In this document: positions 17,817 to 24,931 of the stretch, in pieces | Position numbering within the stretch: the first letter of the stretch is position 1 | Layout of the letters: each line of letters begins with the position of its first letter | DNA from: Candidatus Staskawiczbacteria bacterium | GTDB lineage: Bacteria > Patescibacteriota > Minisyncoccia > Minisyncoccales > Staskawiczbacteraceae | Length of the DNA stretch: 64,000 nucleotides | Assembly (NCBI GenBank): GCA_026395215.1 | Contig: JAPLZC010000010.1 | Coordinates: 71,371-135,370, forward strand | Reading direction: 5' to 3' | The notes under the pieces: generated by a model | Database searches by the model: none | What the model saw: only the letters and a program-made list of their open reading frames with translations | What the model was told of the DNA's origin: nothing | Program-made: the position numbers and the translations under genes

Positions 17817-19442
17817 ACACTTTCTATGCCAGAGTTTAAAGGGGTTTTGTTGCGCCGATCGTTCTCTGTGCCTACAATTAAAACACAAACGCGGTAAGGC
17901 TACGCCTAATTTTCGATATAAATTCAATTCATCAAGCGTAATTTTGAAAGCCGTCGCACACCCATGTGTGCATGTTCCCTGATGCAAACACCCAATTACC
18001 TCTTTTGTTAAATTATCCGATGCATCGCGAATATTATCGGGTAGTTCGGCTACAGACTTTGTGATATGATAACCACGTTCAGCTGTCTCACGCCACAAAA
18101 ATCCATTCTGCTCAGCTTCGGCACGTAGAAGCGGAAAATAATCATTAGCAATAGTTTCGTTGTAAGCAAAGGGACTTATTTCAGTTGGAAAAAATTCTCC
18201 ATATTTATAAACTCTGCCCTTACTATCTGTGTACGGCATATCACTCATATGTTCAATAATTTTTGGCACCAACGCCTCATATTCTTCTTTGGTAAATTGC
18301 TTATTTAAAATACAATATTCTTTTTTGCGCAAACCATAGCACCCAAAAAGATCGTGGCATCCATGACAGTTAAAACTGTAATAAACATTAAATGAATTAT
18401 AAACTACGCCTGTAAAGCGAAGTTCAAACTGATGATCTAATGTGTCAAATAGCTCATAACACTTTTCAGAACCACAAACACCCGGCCCGCCATCCCATAT
18501 TTCCCTGACGTTGAGTCCAGCCCAAACACAGTAACGAATATTTTCCGCTGACGGCACAACATCAAAACAATCTCGCGCATTTTTTGCGTTGAGAATATTA
18601 TTTCCCGTAGAATTAATTGACTTAATAATTCTGGCATACCTGCGAATAGATTTTACTTTTAATACATTAAAATCTTCACGTGCCTTAACAACACCAGTGA
18701 CGCTCCCAATATCGTATGACTTAACCTTCAAATCATATTCTTCTTTTGTACACGGCTTATTAAAAAAGTAGTGCTGTTTGTTGCGCAAATTTACACAACC
18801 AAAACAATCTTGGCAATTTGTACACTCATATAAAAATGCAGAGCTTGAACACTCAATACAATTAGCGCTAAATTTTAGTCCATACGATTTACGGCAATTC
18901 ACTAGTTCATAACACAACTCGTTGCTGTCGCTAATAAAAAGATCTGCTGAATCTCTAGTTGAAACAACACGATTTGCATACATAGTTCGTTCGTTCCATC
19001 CTCCGGAAGATATTAAATAACAATCTTTATCTCCCTCTGCAACATTGCAATAACTACAGTTAGACATATTGGTTTCGGAAAGGGCAATCCATGGCACGCG
19101 TCTAATAAAATCTCTATATTGTTCAAAAAAAGATTTTTTAAAATCATATGCAACTCCATAATCAAGTGGATCCCAAGCATCTGACCACCAATATTTTGAA
19201 TCAAAAACTACCACCTTCGCCTCCGGTGAGAAAACTGAGATTATATCTTCACTGTGGCCAGGCGCATTGCATTTGCGCTTAAAAAGAATTCTCTCATTCC
19301 TCCAAGAAAACCTACGTTGCATTCTGCACTGAAAACAAAAAGTCGGCGAGGGCACCTTCATCTTCTCATAAAACTCAAAATCCTCGGGCTCTATTACAAA
19401 CTCTTGTTTACAGTTTTGGCAATTACGTGTCTCTTGACTCAT
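17718..19442 (-). CDS. Cys-rich multi-zinc-ribbon protein, array member P10
   Basis: 574 aa. CQNCKQEFVIEPEDFEFYEKMKVPSPTFCFQCR; GCLHQGTCTHGCATAFKITLDELNLYRKLGVALPRLCFNCR; NPFKLWHRKCMKPGCPNEFETSYAPDRPEIIYCESCYNGEVA. A TATAAT box (19448-19453, minus strand) lies 5 nt upstream of the ATG. Confidence 0.92.
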   Translation of the reverse strand: MSQETRNCQNCKQEFVIEPEDFEFYEKMKVPSPTFCFQCRMQRRFSWRNERILFKRKCNAPGHSEDIISVFSPEAKVVVFDSKYWWSDAWDPLDYGVAYDFKKSFFEQYRDFIRRVPWIALSETNMSNCSYCNVAEGDKDCYLISSGGWNERTMYANRVVSTRDSADLFISDSNELCYELVNCRKSYGLKFSANCIECSSSAFLYECTNCQDCFGCVNLRNKQHYFFNKPCTKEEYDLKVKSYDIGSVTGVVKAREDFNVLKVKSIRRYARIIKSINSTGNNILNAKNARDCFDVVPSAENIRYCVWAGLNVREIWDGGPGVCGSEKCYELFDTLDHQFELRFTGVVYNSFNVYYSFNCHGCHDLFGCYGLRKKEYCILNKQFTKEEYEALVPKIIEHMSDMPYTDSKGRVYKYGEFFPTEISPFAYNETIANDYFPLLRAEAEQNGFLWRETAERGYHITKSVAELPDNIRDASDNLTKEVIGCLHQGTCTHGCATAFKITLDELNLYRKLGVALPRLCFNCRHRERSAQQNPFKLWHRKCMKPGCPNEFETSYAPDRPEIIYCESCYNGEVA

Positions 19443-19463
19443 ATTTTATTATACTAACAAAAA

Positions 19464-19496
19464 ATCCAAGCCCTGTCGAATGACGGGGGCTTGGAT
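19464..19496 (-). terminator. Rho-independent terminator after ATPase-B
   Basis: 10-bp outer stem ATCCAAGCCC (19464-19473) / GGGCTTGGAT (19487-19496) with inner GTC/GAC pairing. The minus-strand hairpin is followed by UUUUU. It lies between the ATPase-B stop (19526) and the P10 start (19442). Confidence 0.7.
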
Positions 19497-19525
19497 TAAA
19501 AGCGATTTTTTAATTTTAAAAAAAT

Positions 19526-21598
19526 TTACAATTTAATAGTTTCCTCGGGTTTTATTGTGTTATTCTTGTCTTCGGGCTTTGGCGAAGGCGGAAGCGACTT
19601 ATCTTCATATTTTTCTTCCACTATTCTGGCCTCTAATTCTTCTTTTGGATTTTTTGGTTTATAATCAAATTTTTCTGGCGCTCCCTTATCTGGTGCTTCT
19701 TTGTTCATCAAAGATGCTTCTAAGGCTTGGCGTAATTCTGACAAATTAATTTCTTTTCTCTTTACCTCCTTTTGAGGCGGAGTATTCTTAAAGTCGCGCA
19801 CTACATTTTTTCTATTAAAAGATATTGGTTCTATTTTTAAAGGCGCGGAGAATTCTATGCCTAGGTCAGCTAAAGCCGAATCTCCCGACTGTTTGTCTCT
19901 TGAGTAACCAACTTGTGCAGGTGCGCTTGCCTGCACGGGCGCGTCATTTGTCCATTTTACCTGAGGTGAAGGCCTGTTCTCCCTTCCATCAGACCCGCTC
20001 ATCGAATCCTGTCGACTGACGGGACGACCGGGCGCCACACCTGATGCTGGGGCGATTTCTCCTGCTTTCAACTTTTTCAAACAACTTTTGCAATAAACTG
20101 GCCTTCCGGCAACTGGCTCAAAAATAACTTTGGTGTCTTTGCCACAACTTGAACATTTAACATCATATAGCTTTGTTCCGTCTGAAGCTTTGGAATTATT
20201 TTGATTGGTTGGTTTATAAAAAGGCTTAGGGCCGTTTTGTGGATTAGATAAATCAGCCTGCGGATTGGAAAGATCCGAAGAGTTTTGAGCATTACTAACT
20301 GGCACTTCTAAATTTGACGCCCATCGGTTAATTTCGTCTTCAACACTTCTTAGGGTGTGAGCATATTTAGACCTGGAAATTTTAATTATTTCTGTACGCT
20401 TTTTGTCATCTTTAACAGTAGGAGCAGGAGCAATAGTCTTGGCGGAAAAAGGTCTGGAAGCAATGCCATCTATCATAAGCTTCAAATAAACATTGTAATT
20501 AGGCAAACGGATTAAGTCATTCTGCAAAAATTCGGGCATATACTCTTGTTCCAAAAATTCTGCGTCAGCCGCTCCAACTCTGAATGTAATCATTGTACCC
20601 ACGTTACCAAAAACAGCATCTCTAACCGCAGTGCTTGTATCGGTAACCAGCTGTCCAATGTACTGGTGAGCAATAATCAAATCCAAGCGGTATTTTCTAG
20701 CTTCAGACAAAATATTCACAAAAGAATCAGTAGCAAAGTTTTGGAACTCGTCAACATACATGTAAAAATCTTTTCTTTCATCTTCAGGAATTCTAACGCG
20801 CTCCATTGCCGAGAGCTGAATTTTAGTAATAAGCATAGCTCCCAAAATAGCTGAGTTATCTTCTCCAATTCTACCTTTAGAAACGTTAACCAACAGAATT
20901 TTTTGGTTATTCATTATGTCCTCAATATCAATGGTATTTTTAGCTTGTCCAACAATATTTCTGACAAAAGAAACATTCAAAAACTGTCCAACTTTATTTT
21001 GAACCGGCGCTATAGCCTCGTTTCTGTACCTAGACTCCCATTCTTCATATTCGTTTACCCAAAATGATTTTACAACAGGGTCTTTGAGGTTATTGATAAT
21101 TTTTTGTCTATAGTCTCTATCAACCAGCATTCTTGGTATGCCTAAAAGCGTGGTTCCCGGGGTGTCTAACAAAGCCAAAATGCAATTGGCCAGAATATAT
21201 TCCATTCTAGCTGACCATACATTAGCCCAAATTTTAGTAAAAATACCAATTAATCCCGATGCAATTAAGTGCTTATATTTTGGATCGGCTACATCCATAA
21301 TATTAAAGCTGACGGGAAACTCCATATCCGCGGGATTAAAATAAACCACATCATTTATTCTATGAGGAGGAATATTATCCAAAACTTCTTCAACAAACTC
21401 TCCGTGAGGATCAATAATGGCAAGTCCTTGACCATTTTGGATATCCTGCAAGGCCATATTCTTTAAAAAAGCTGTCTTACCGGAGCCGGTTTTTCCAATC
21501 ACATACATGTGTTGGCGCCTATCGGGTCTTTTAATCCCGAATATTTGTTCCTTGTTGCGGAAGTTTGTCTTAGCAATATAAGTTAAATCTTTAGGCAT
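19526..21598 (-). CDS. Soluble VirD4/TraD-like P-loop NTPase with a disordered tail and C-terminal zinc ribbon, ATPase-B
   Basis: 690 aa. Walker A IGKTGSGKT, IDPHGE, YMYVDEFQN, AHQYIGQL. Collinear with ATPase-A over about 400 aa. The tail has low-complexity DLSNPQ repeats, then CSSCGKDTKVIFEPVAGRPVYCKSC, then a Pro/Lys/Glu-rich end. Confidence 0.85.
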   Translation of the reverse strand: MPKDLTYIAKTNFRNKEQIFGIKRPDRRQHMYVIGKTGSGKTAFLKNMALQDIQNGQGLAIIDPHGEFVEEVLDNIPPHRINDVVYFNPADMEFPVSFNIMDVADPKYKHLIASGLIGIFTKIWANVWSARMEYILANCILALLDTPGTTLLGIPRMLVDRDYRQKIINNLKDPVVKSFWVNEYEEWESRYRNEAIAPVQNKVGQFLNVSFVRNIVGQAKNTIDIEDIMNNQKILLVNVSKGRIGEDNSAILGAMLITKIQLSAMERVRIPEDERKDFYMYVDEFQNFATDSFVNILSEARKYRLDLIIAHQYIGQLVTDTSTAVRDAVFGNVGTMITFRVGAADAEFLEQEYMPEFLQNDLIRLPNYNVYLKLMIDGIASRPFSAKTIAPAPTVKDDKKRTEIIKISRSKYAHTLRSVEDEINRWASNLEVPVSNAQNSSDLSNPQADLSNPQNGPKPFYKPTNQNNSKASDGTKLYDVKCSSCGKDTKVIFEPVAGRPVYCKSCLKKLKAGEIAPASGVAPGRPVSRQDSMSGSDGRENRPSPQVKWTNDAPVQASAPAQVGYSRDKQSGDSALADLGIEFSAPLKIEPISFNRKNVVRDFKNTPPQKEVKRKEINLSELRQALEASLMNKEAPDKGAPEKFDYKPKNPKEELEARIVEEKYEDKSLPPSPKPEDKNNTIKPEETIKL

Positions 21599-21602
21599 AA
21601 CA

Positions 21603-21617
21603 ATAATACTAATCTAC
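21603..21617. repeat. Left arm of a perfect 15-bp inverted repeat flanking the GxxExxY gene
   Basis: ATAATACTAATCTAC, 5 nt upstream of the ATPase-B ATG. It is the exact reverse complement of 22129-22143. Confidence 0.9.
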
Positions 21618-21665
21618 TAATTTTATTCTAATCTACAGAAATACTAATCTACAAATACGACACCT

Positions 21666-22040
21666 TTAAGAAAAATTTACAATTCTTTTTGGTGTGATAT
21701 ATTTTCTTCTAAAATTTACCAAAATTCCCAATGGTTTATTCAGTGCCGCTAAATATCTTTTAATTTGGTAATAATCTTCTTTATCAACGAAATTCTTTGC
21801 TTTTAATTCAAGTATTATCTTGTCTTCTACTAAGAAATCGACTCTATTTCTTTGTTGATCATTTTCGAAAGAAACTGGTAAAACTTTTTCTCTCTCGTAA
21901 CTTAAACCATCTTTTTTCAAATAATTTTCTATTAAATCTCCATATTCATTTTCTGCCCTAAATTGCCCTAATTCATTGTGAACTTTAAATAAAATACCGT
22001 TTAATTTATAAGAAAGATCTGGGTGAAGTAGTTCTGTCAT
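21666..22040 (-). CDS. GxxExxY family protein (PD-(D/E)XK nuclease-like)
   Basis: 124 aa. HNELGQFRAENEYGDLIENYL matches the GxxExxY signature region. VDFLVEDKIILELKA fits a D...(D/E)xK core. LGILVNF lies near the C-terminus, as is typical of the family. Confidence 0.7.
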   Translation of the reverse strand: MTELLHPDLSYKLNGILFKVHNELGQFRAENEYGDLIENYLKKDGLSYEREKVLPVSFENDQQRNRVDFLVEDKIILELKAKNFVDKEDYYQIKRYLAALNKPLGILVNFRRKYITPKRIVNFS

Positions 22041-22128
22041 AAAATATAATACTAACTTTCTAATTTTATACTAATCTCCTAAAATTCTAATCTGCAAATT
22101 CGTGTTTCCGTAGATTAGGATAGAATCC

Positions 22129-22143
22129 GTAGATTAGTATTAT
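22129..22143. repeat. Right arm of the perfect 15-bp inverted repeat
   Basis: GTAGATTAGTATTAT, ending exactly at the base before the stop codon (22144-22146) of the 459-aa membrane protein gene. Confidence 0.9.
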
Positions 22144-23523
22144 CTATTCATCAATTGGTAAATTAGCTGGTGGACCTGCTTTCTTTGACTCAATCTTACC
22201 CATAGCCAAACTGCCCCCTGTAACTCTTAATGGGAAGTGCCAGAGCGTTGTCATTTCTTCTGCACTTAAAATAGGACACATATCGTGCCTATCTGGATAC
22301 AAAGGCGGAAACCTCATAACGGTCATTCTAAACATTTTTCTTGCCCTCATAAAAACCCTGCGCTTTCTCATAAAAAAGTGAACCCTTGGCCTTGTTCTGC
22401 TGGAAAATCCGAGATAATTCATATTGTTCGTTGAAAAGTGCCCAAAATATGAACGCGATATTACTCTATTTGGAGCTCTCCAATTTTCTCTTTTGGCAAT
22501 GTAAACTCCTCTTATATTAGTCCTAAAAGCCGGTTTCTTAATTTTATTTTCCACCTCAGTGATAATATCTCTTTCGCCTGGGGTTAGTGACACTCTATCC
22601 TCGCCTGTTTCTTCATCTTCTTCTGTTGGCCAAGAATAAGATTCGCCATCTTTTTCCGGGCCGCCAATAATCTGCCTAAAAACATAACCCAAATCTTGCA
22701 AAAGGGTTCTTTCCTTTTTTTCATGACGTTGTGCCAATTTGTTTATTACCTTTTGCCCCTCCTTACGCCATTCAGGCTCATCGTGATCGCCCACCGGAAC
22801 TGTAATAAATTGAACCCAATAGTGTTCACCCGGCCCAAGTTTAGACAGTGACTCCATTAATGAAATAATAGGGTCTATTCTTTTCTCTTCAGCTGCAATT
22901 CTTTCACCTTGAGGCTCAAAAAACTTTTCGTAGGTTTTTATAGGATAGGCATCTTCTTTGTTTAAAACCCAATCTTCTCCGTACATATCCCATTCTTCAT
23001 TTGGAACTGTCTGTGGAACCAGTTTTACATAATCTTGAACCTCCTTAATTTCAATATCCGGATAATGCCCAAAAAGCGCTGCTTCAATGCTTGAGCGGTG
23101 CTGTTGTAAAACTCTTATATAAAAATGTATTCTACCTTCAATGCTGGCTATTTCCCAAGAGCACCAATAAGGACCATTTTGCAATTCGCCATCACACCAT
23201 ATTTCTCTAAAGTTTGCCACATCCATTAACGGCCAAATTGCAGAGAACACATCTTCCATGGCTTTAATGGGCATAAGTGTTGCTTCAAGCGGGGTAATTT
23301 CCAACATAATCCACCTTTGTTTTACATAGTCATAATCCCAGCCAATCCACCACAGATAAAGCGTTTTTAACTGAGATGCAAGCATTATAGGCAAAAACAC
23401 CCACCACCAGACTCTCAGAAATGGAACCCATAAAATAACCAAAAGCAAAATCAGCCACCAGAAAGGATCCCAAATAATTTTCTTAACCCAGTCCCACCAA
23501 AATAAATATTTAGGTAGTGCCAT
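22144..23523 (-). CDS. Trp-rich N-terminal multi-pass membrane protein with a large soluble domain; putative partner of ATPase-B
   Basis: 459 aa. The N-terminus FWWDWVKKIIWDPFWWLILLLVILWVPFLRVWWWVFLPIMLASQL is hydrophobic (2-3 TM segments). The rest is soluble with no motif I can name. It would sit directly upstream of ATPase-B if the IR-bounded GxxExxY segment were removed. Confidence 0.6.
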   Translation of the reverse strand: MALPKYLFWWDWVKKIIWDPFWWLILLLVILWVPFLRVWWWVFLPIMLASQLKTLYLWWIGWDYDYVKQRWIMLEITPLEATLMPIKAMEDVFSAIWPLMDVANFREIWCDGELQNGPYWCSWEIASIEGRIHFYIRVLQQHRSSIEAALFGHYPDIEIKEVQDYVKLVPQTVPNEEWDMYGEDWVLNKEDAYPIKTYEKFFEPQGERIAAEEKRIDPIISLMESLSKLGPGEHYWVQFITVPVGDHDEPEWRKEGQKVINKLAQRHEKKERTLLQDLGYVFRQIIGGPEKDGESYSWPTEEDEETGEDRVSLTPGERDIITEVENKIKKPAFRTNIRGVYIAKRENWRAPNRVISRSYFGHFSTNNMNYLGFSSRTRPRVHFFMRKRRVFMRARKMFRMTVMRFPPLYPDRHDMCPILSAEEMTTLWHFPLRVTGGSLAMGKIESKKAGPPANLPIDE

Positions 23524-23534
23524 TTTATTAAATA

Positions 23535-23759
23535 TTAAATACCAGCAACCCTAATCAAATTGGGCAAATAATTAATAATAATAGTAACTATTACAACAAT
23601 TAAAAAACATATTGCCAAAAATTCAAAAGCAAAAACCGCAGGTATAACAACAAAAGATATTTTTTTCAAATGCCAATAAAATATAAACGAAAACAAAACA
23701 ATATAAAATACCGCAGTTGCCGCAAATAAAGTTATTATCCCTACTGTAAAAACATCCAT
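23535..23759 (-). CDS. Small two-TM membrane protein
   Basis: 74 aa and almost entirely hydrophobic (VGIITLFAATAVFYIVLFSFIFYW ... VIPAVFAFEFLAICFLIVVIVTIII). It ends 11 nt upstream of the 459-aa gene. Confidence 0.55.
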   Translation of the reverse strand: MDVFTVGIITLFAATAVFYIVLFSFIFYWHLKKISFVVIPAVFAFEFLAICFLIVVIVTIIINYLPNLIRVAGI

Positions 23760-23775
23760 AGATTATTATTCACTA

Positions 23776-23804
23776 ATTATAACCCAATAAAAGTTTGTAA
23801 GCAA
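23776..23804 (-). promoter_or_regulatory. Sigma70-type promoter for the membrane-protein/ATPase-B unit
   Basis: Minus strand reads TTGCTT, a 17-nt spacer, then TATAAT. The -35 is 23799-23804 and the -10 is 23776-23781. It lies about 16 nt upstream of the ATG at 23759 and just downstream of the terminator at 23833-23862. Confidence 0.5.
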
Positions 23805-23832
23805 TAACATCCCACCGGCGGTCAGGCAACAA

Positions 23833-23862
23833 AAAAATCGCCCAGTTTAAGGGGCGATTTTT
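23833..23862 (-). terminator. Rho-independent terminator after the HTH gene
   Basis: AAAAATCGCCC (23833-23843) and GGGCGATTTTT (23852-23862) with an 8-nt loop. On the minus strand the hairpin is followed by a 7-U run. It lies 7 nt downstream of the stop at 23870. Confidence 0.7.
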
Positions 23863-23869
23863 AGTATAA

Positions 23870-24898
23870 TTACGAGAGTTGGGTTTTCCTTAAGAAGTAC
23901 TTGTCGCTTGAATCTTTGTCAAAATTATTTTTGTTGTTTAGATTCATCAGCACAGTATTTTTGGCAACCAATCTTTGAGCCAAAACCTGTTTTACAACTT
24001 CATCTTTGTGCATAGCGCCATTATTTTCTTTCAAAACTTTGGTAATAATGTCTTTGATTGTTCCCGGGACATATCCCCAGTCTGCAAGCGCATAAGTTCC
24101 ACGGCCTACCAACACAAACCTTCCATCTTTTATTAATTCATTGTGAACTGTTTGCGGATAAGTTTTCTTATTTGGCATATTGTAATCAAGTTTGTCTATC
24201 AAGCTGGCAACTGCTGTAAAGTGCAATGGTTTGCCGTGTTTCTTGAATACCAAAAATGCTTTGTCTTTTACTCCTCTTGGTTTTATTTCCGGCCATTCAA
24301 TTAATCCTAACCCATTCTCTTTGCCTGGTTGTATTCTCTTTGAAATTTCAAGATATGACAATGTTGCTTGCTGTGTAAGTCCCTGTTTGGAAGCAACTTC
24401 TACATAGAAGTCTTTTGTAGCAACTGGTTTACCAATTTTCTGCAGTTGTGAGACTAAGGAACCTAAGGTGCCTTTAACTTTATCTTGCGCATTTGGAAGA
24501 TTTGACCAAAAATAGTGATAATCTTTTTTCTCGGCAACTCTTGAGAACTGCTCACCCAATGTTAACAAAAACAAAACATAAGGCTTTTGGTTCTTTCCCC
24601 CTAATTCATTTAAAATATTGTCTTCTTTTTTAAATCCTCCCTGTTCTTTAAAATATTCGGCAAAATCTGCATAAATGGCATCAATGGCTTCTTTGTTATT
24701 TTTTCTCACATGGATAAAACCCGCCTCTTCTATCTGGCGCACCCTTTCCCTGGTAATTCCCAATGTTTTTCCAATAGCTTCTAAAGTCTCTGGTGTTCCA
24801 GTTTTGACCCCAAATCTGCGATCAAAAATATCCTTAACCTTTGGGCTAAGACCTTTAGTAAACTTTTGGTATATTTGTGAGTAATTAACTTTTTTCAT
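23870..24898 (-). CDS. DNA-binding protein: sigma-70 region-4-like HTH plus HARE-HTH-like C-terminal domain(s)
   Basis: 342 aa. TLEAIGKTLGITRERVRQIEEAG is a classic sigma region 4.2 HTH. The C-terminal ...PLHFTAVASLI...TVHNELIKDGRFVLVGRGTYALADWGY fits the HARE-HTH pattern. Confidence 0.6.
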   Translation of the reverse strand: MKKVNYSQIYQKFTKGLSPKVKDIFDRRFGVKTGTPETLEAIGKTLGITRERVRQIEEAGFIHVRKNNKEAIDAIYADFAEYFKEQGGFKKEDNILNELGGKNQKPYVLFLLTLGEQFSRVAEKKDYHYFWSNLPNAQDKVKGTLGSLVSQLQKIGKPVATKDFYVEVASKQGLTQQATLSYLEISKRIQPGKENGLGLIEWPEIKPRGVKDKAFLVFKKHGKPLHFTAVASLIDKLDYNMPNKKTYPQTVHNELIKDGRFVLVGRGTYALADWGYVPGTIKDIITKVLKENNGAMHKDEVVKQVLAQRLVAKNTVLMNLNNKNNFDKDSSDKYFLRKTQLS

Positions 24899-24931
24899 CT
24901 TGAAATAGAGCCATTTATGACCTATGGATAT

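Noticed and set aside
76-19442. Integron-like cassette array (conserved junctions with an inverted repeat between ORFs)
   Set aside because: No integrase or attI is present in the window. The conserved junction includes the coding ends of related genes rather than attC sites flanking unrelated cassettes. Homologous recombination between paralogs explains the pattern better.
76-19442. Reading the CxxCxxC runs as ferredoxin-type 4Fe-4S motifs
   Set aside because: The canonical CxxCxxCxxxCP spacing with a trailing Pro is absent. Most Cys occur as paired Cx2C knuckles typical of zinc ribbons. Fe-S binding cannot be excluded, but the sequence does not support it.
145-19457. Numerous 60-165-aa plus-strand ORFs inside the array (e.g. 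145-642, 2781-3161, 7417-7794, 12768-13088, 14848-15258, 16245-16592)
   Set aside because: All lie antisense to long, family-conserved minus-strand genes. Their products are low-complexity and Phe/Ile/Leu/Ser-rich, as expected from the reverse complement of AT-rich coding sequence. They are shadow ORFs.
8862-23759. Canonical conjugative type IV secretion system
   Set aside because: Only coupling-protein-like ATPases are present. No VirB4/VirB11 ATPases, VirB6/8/9/10 core components, pilins, relaxase or oriT-like features occur in the window.
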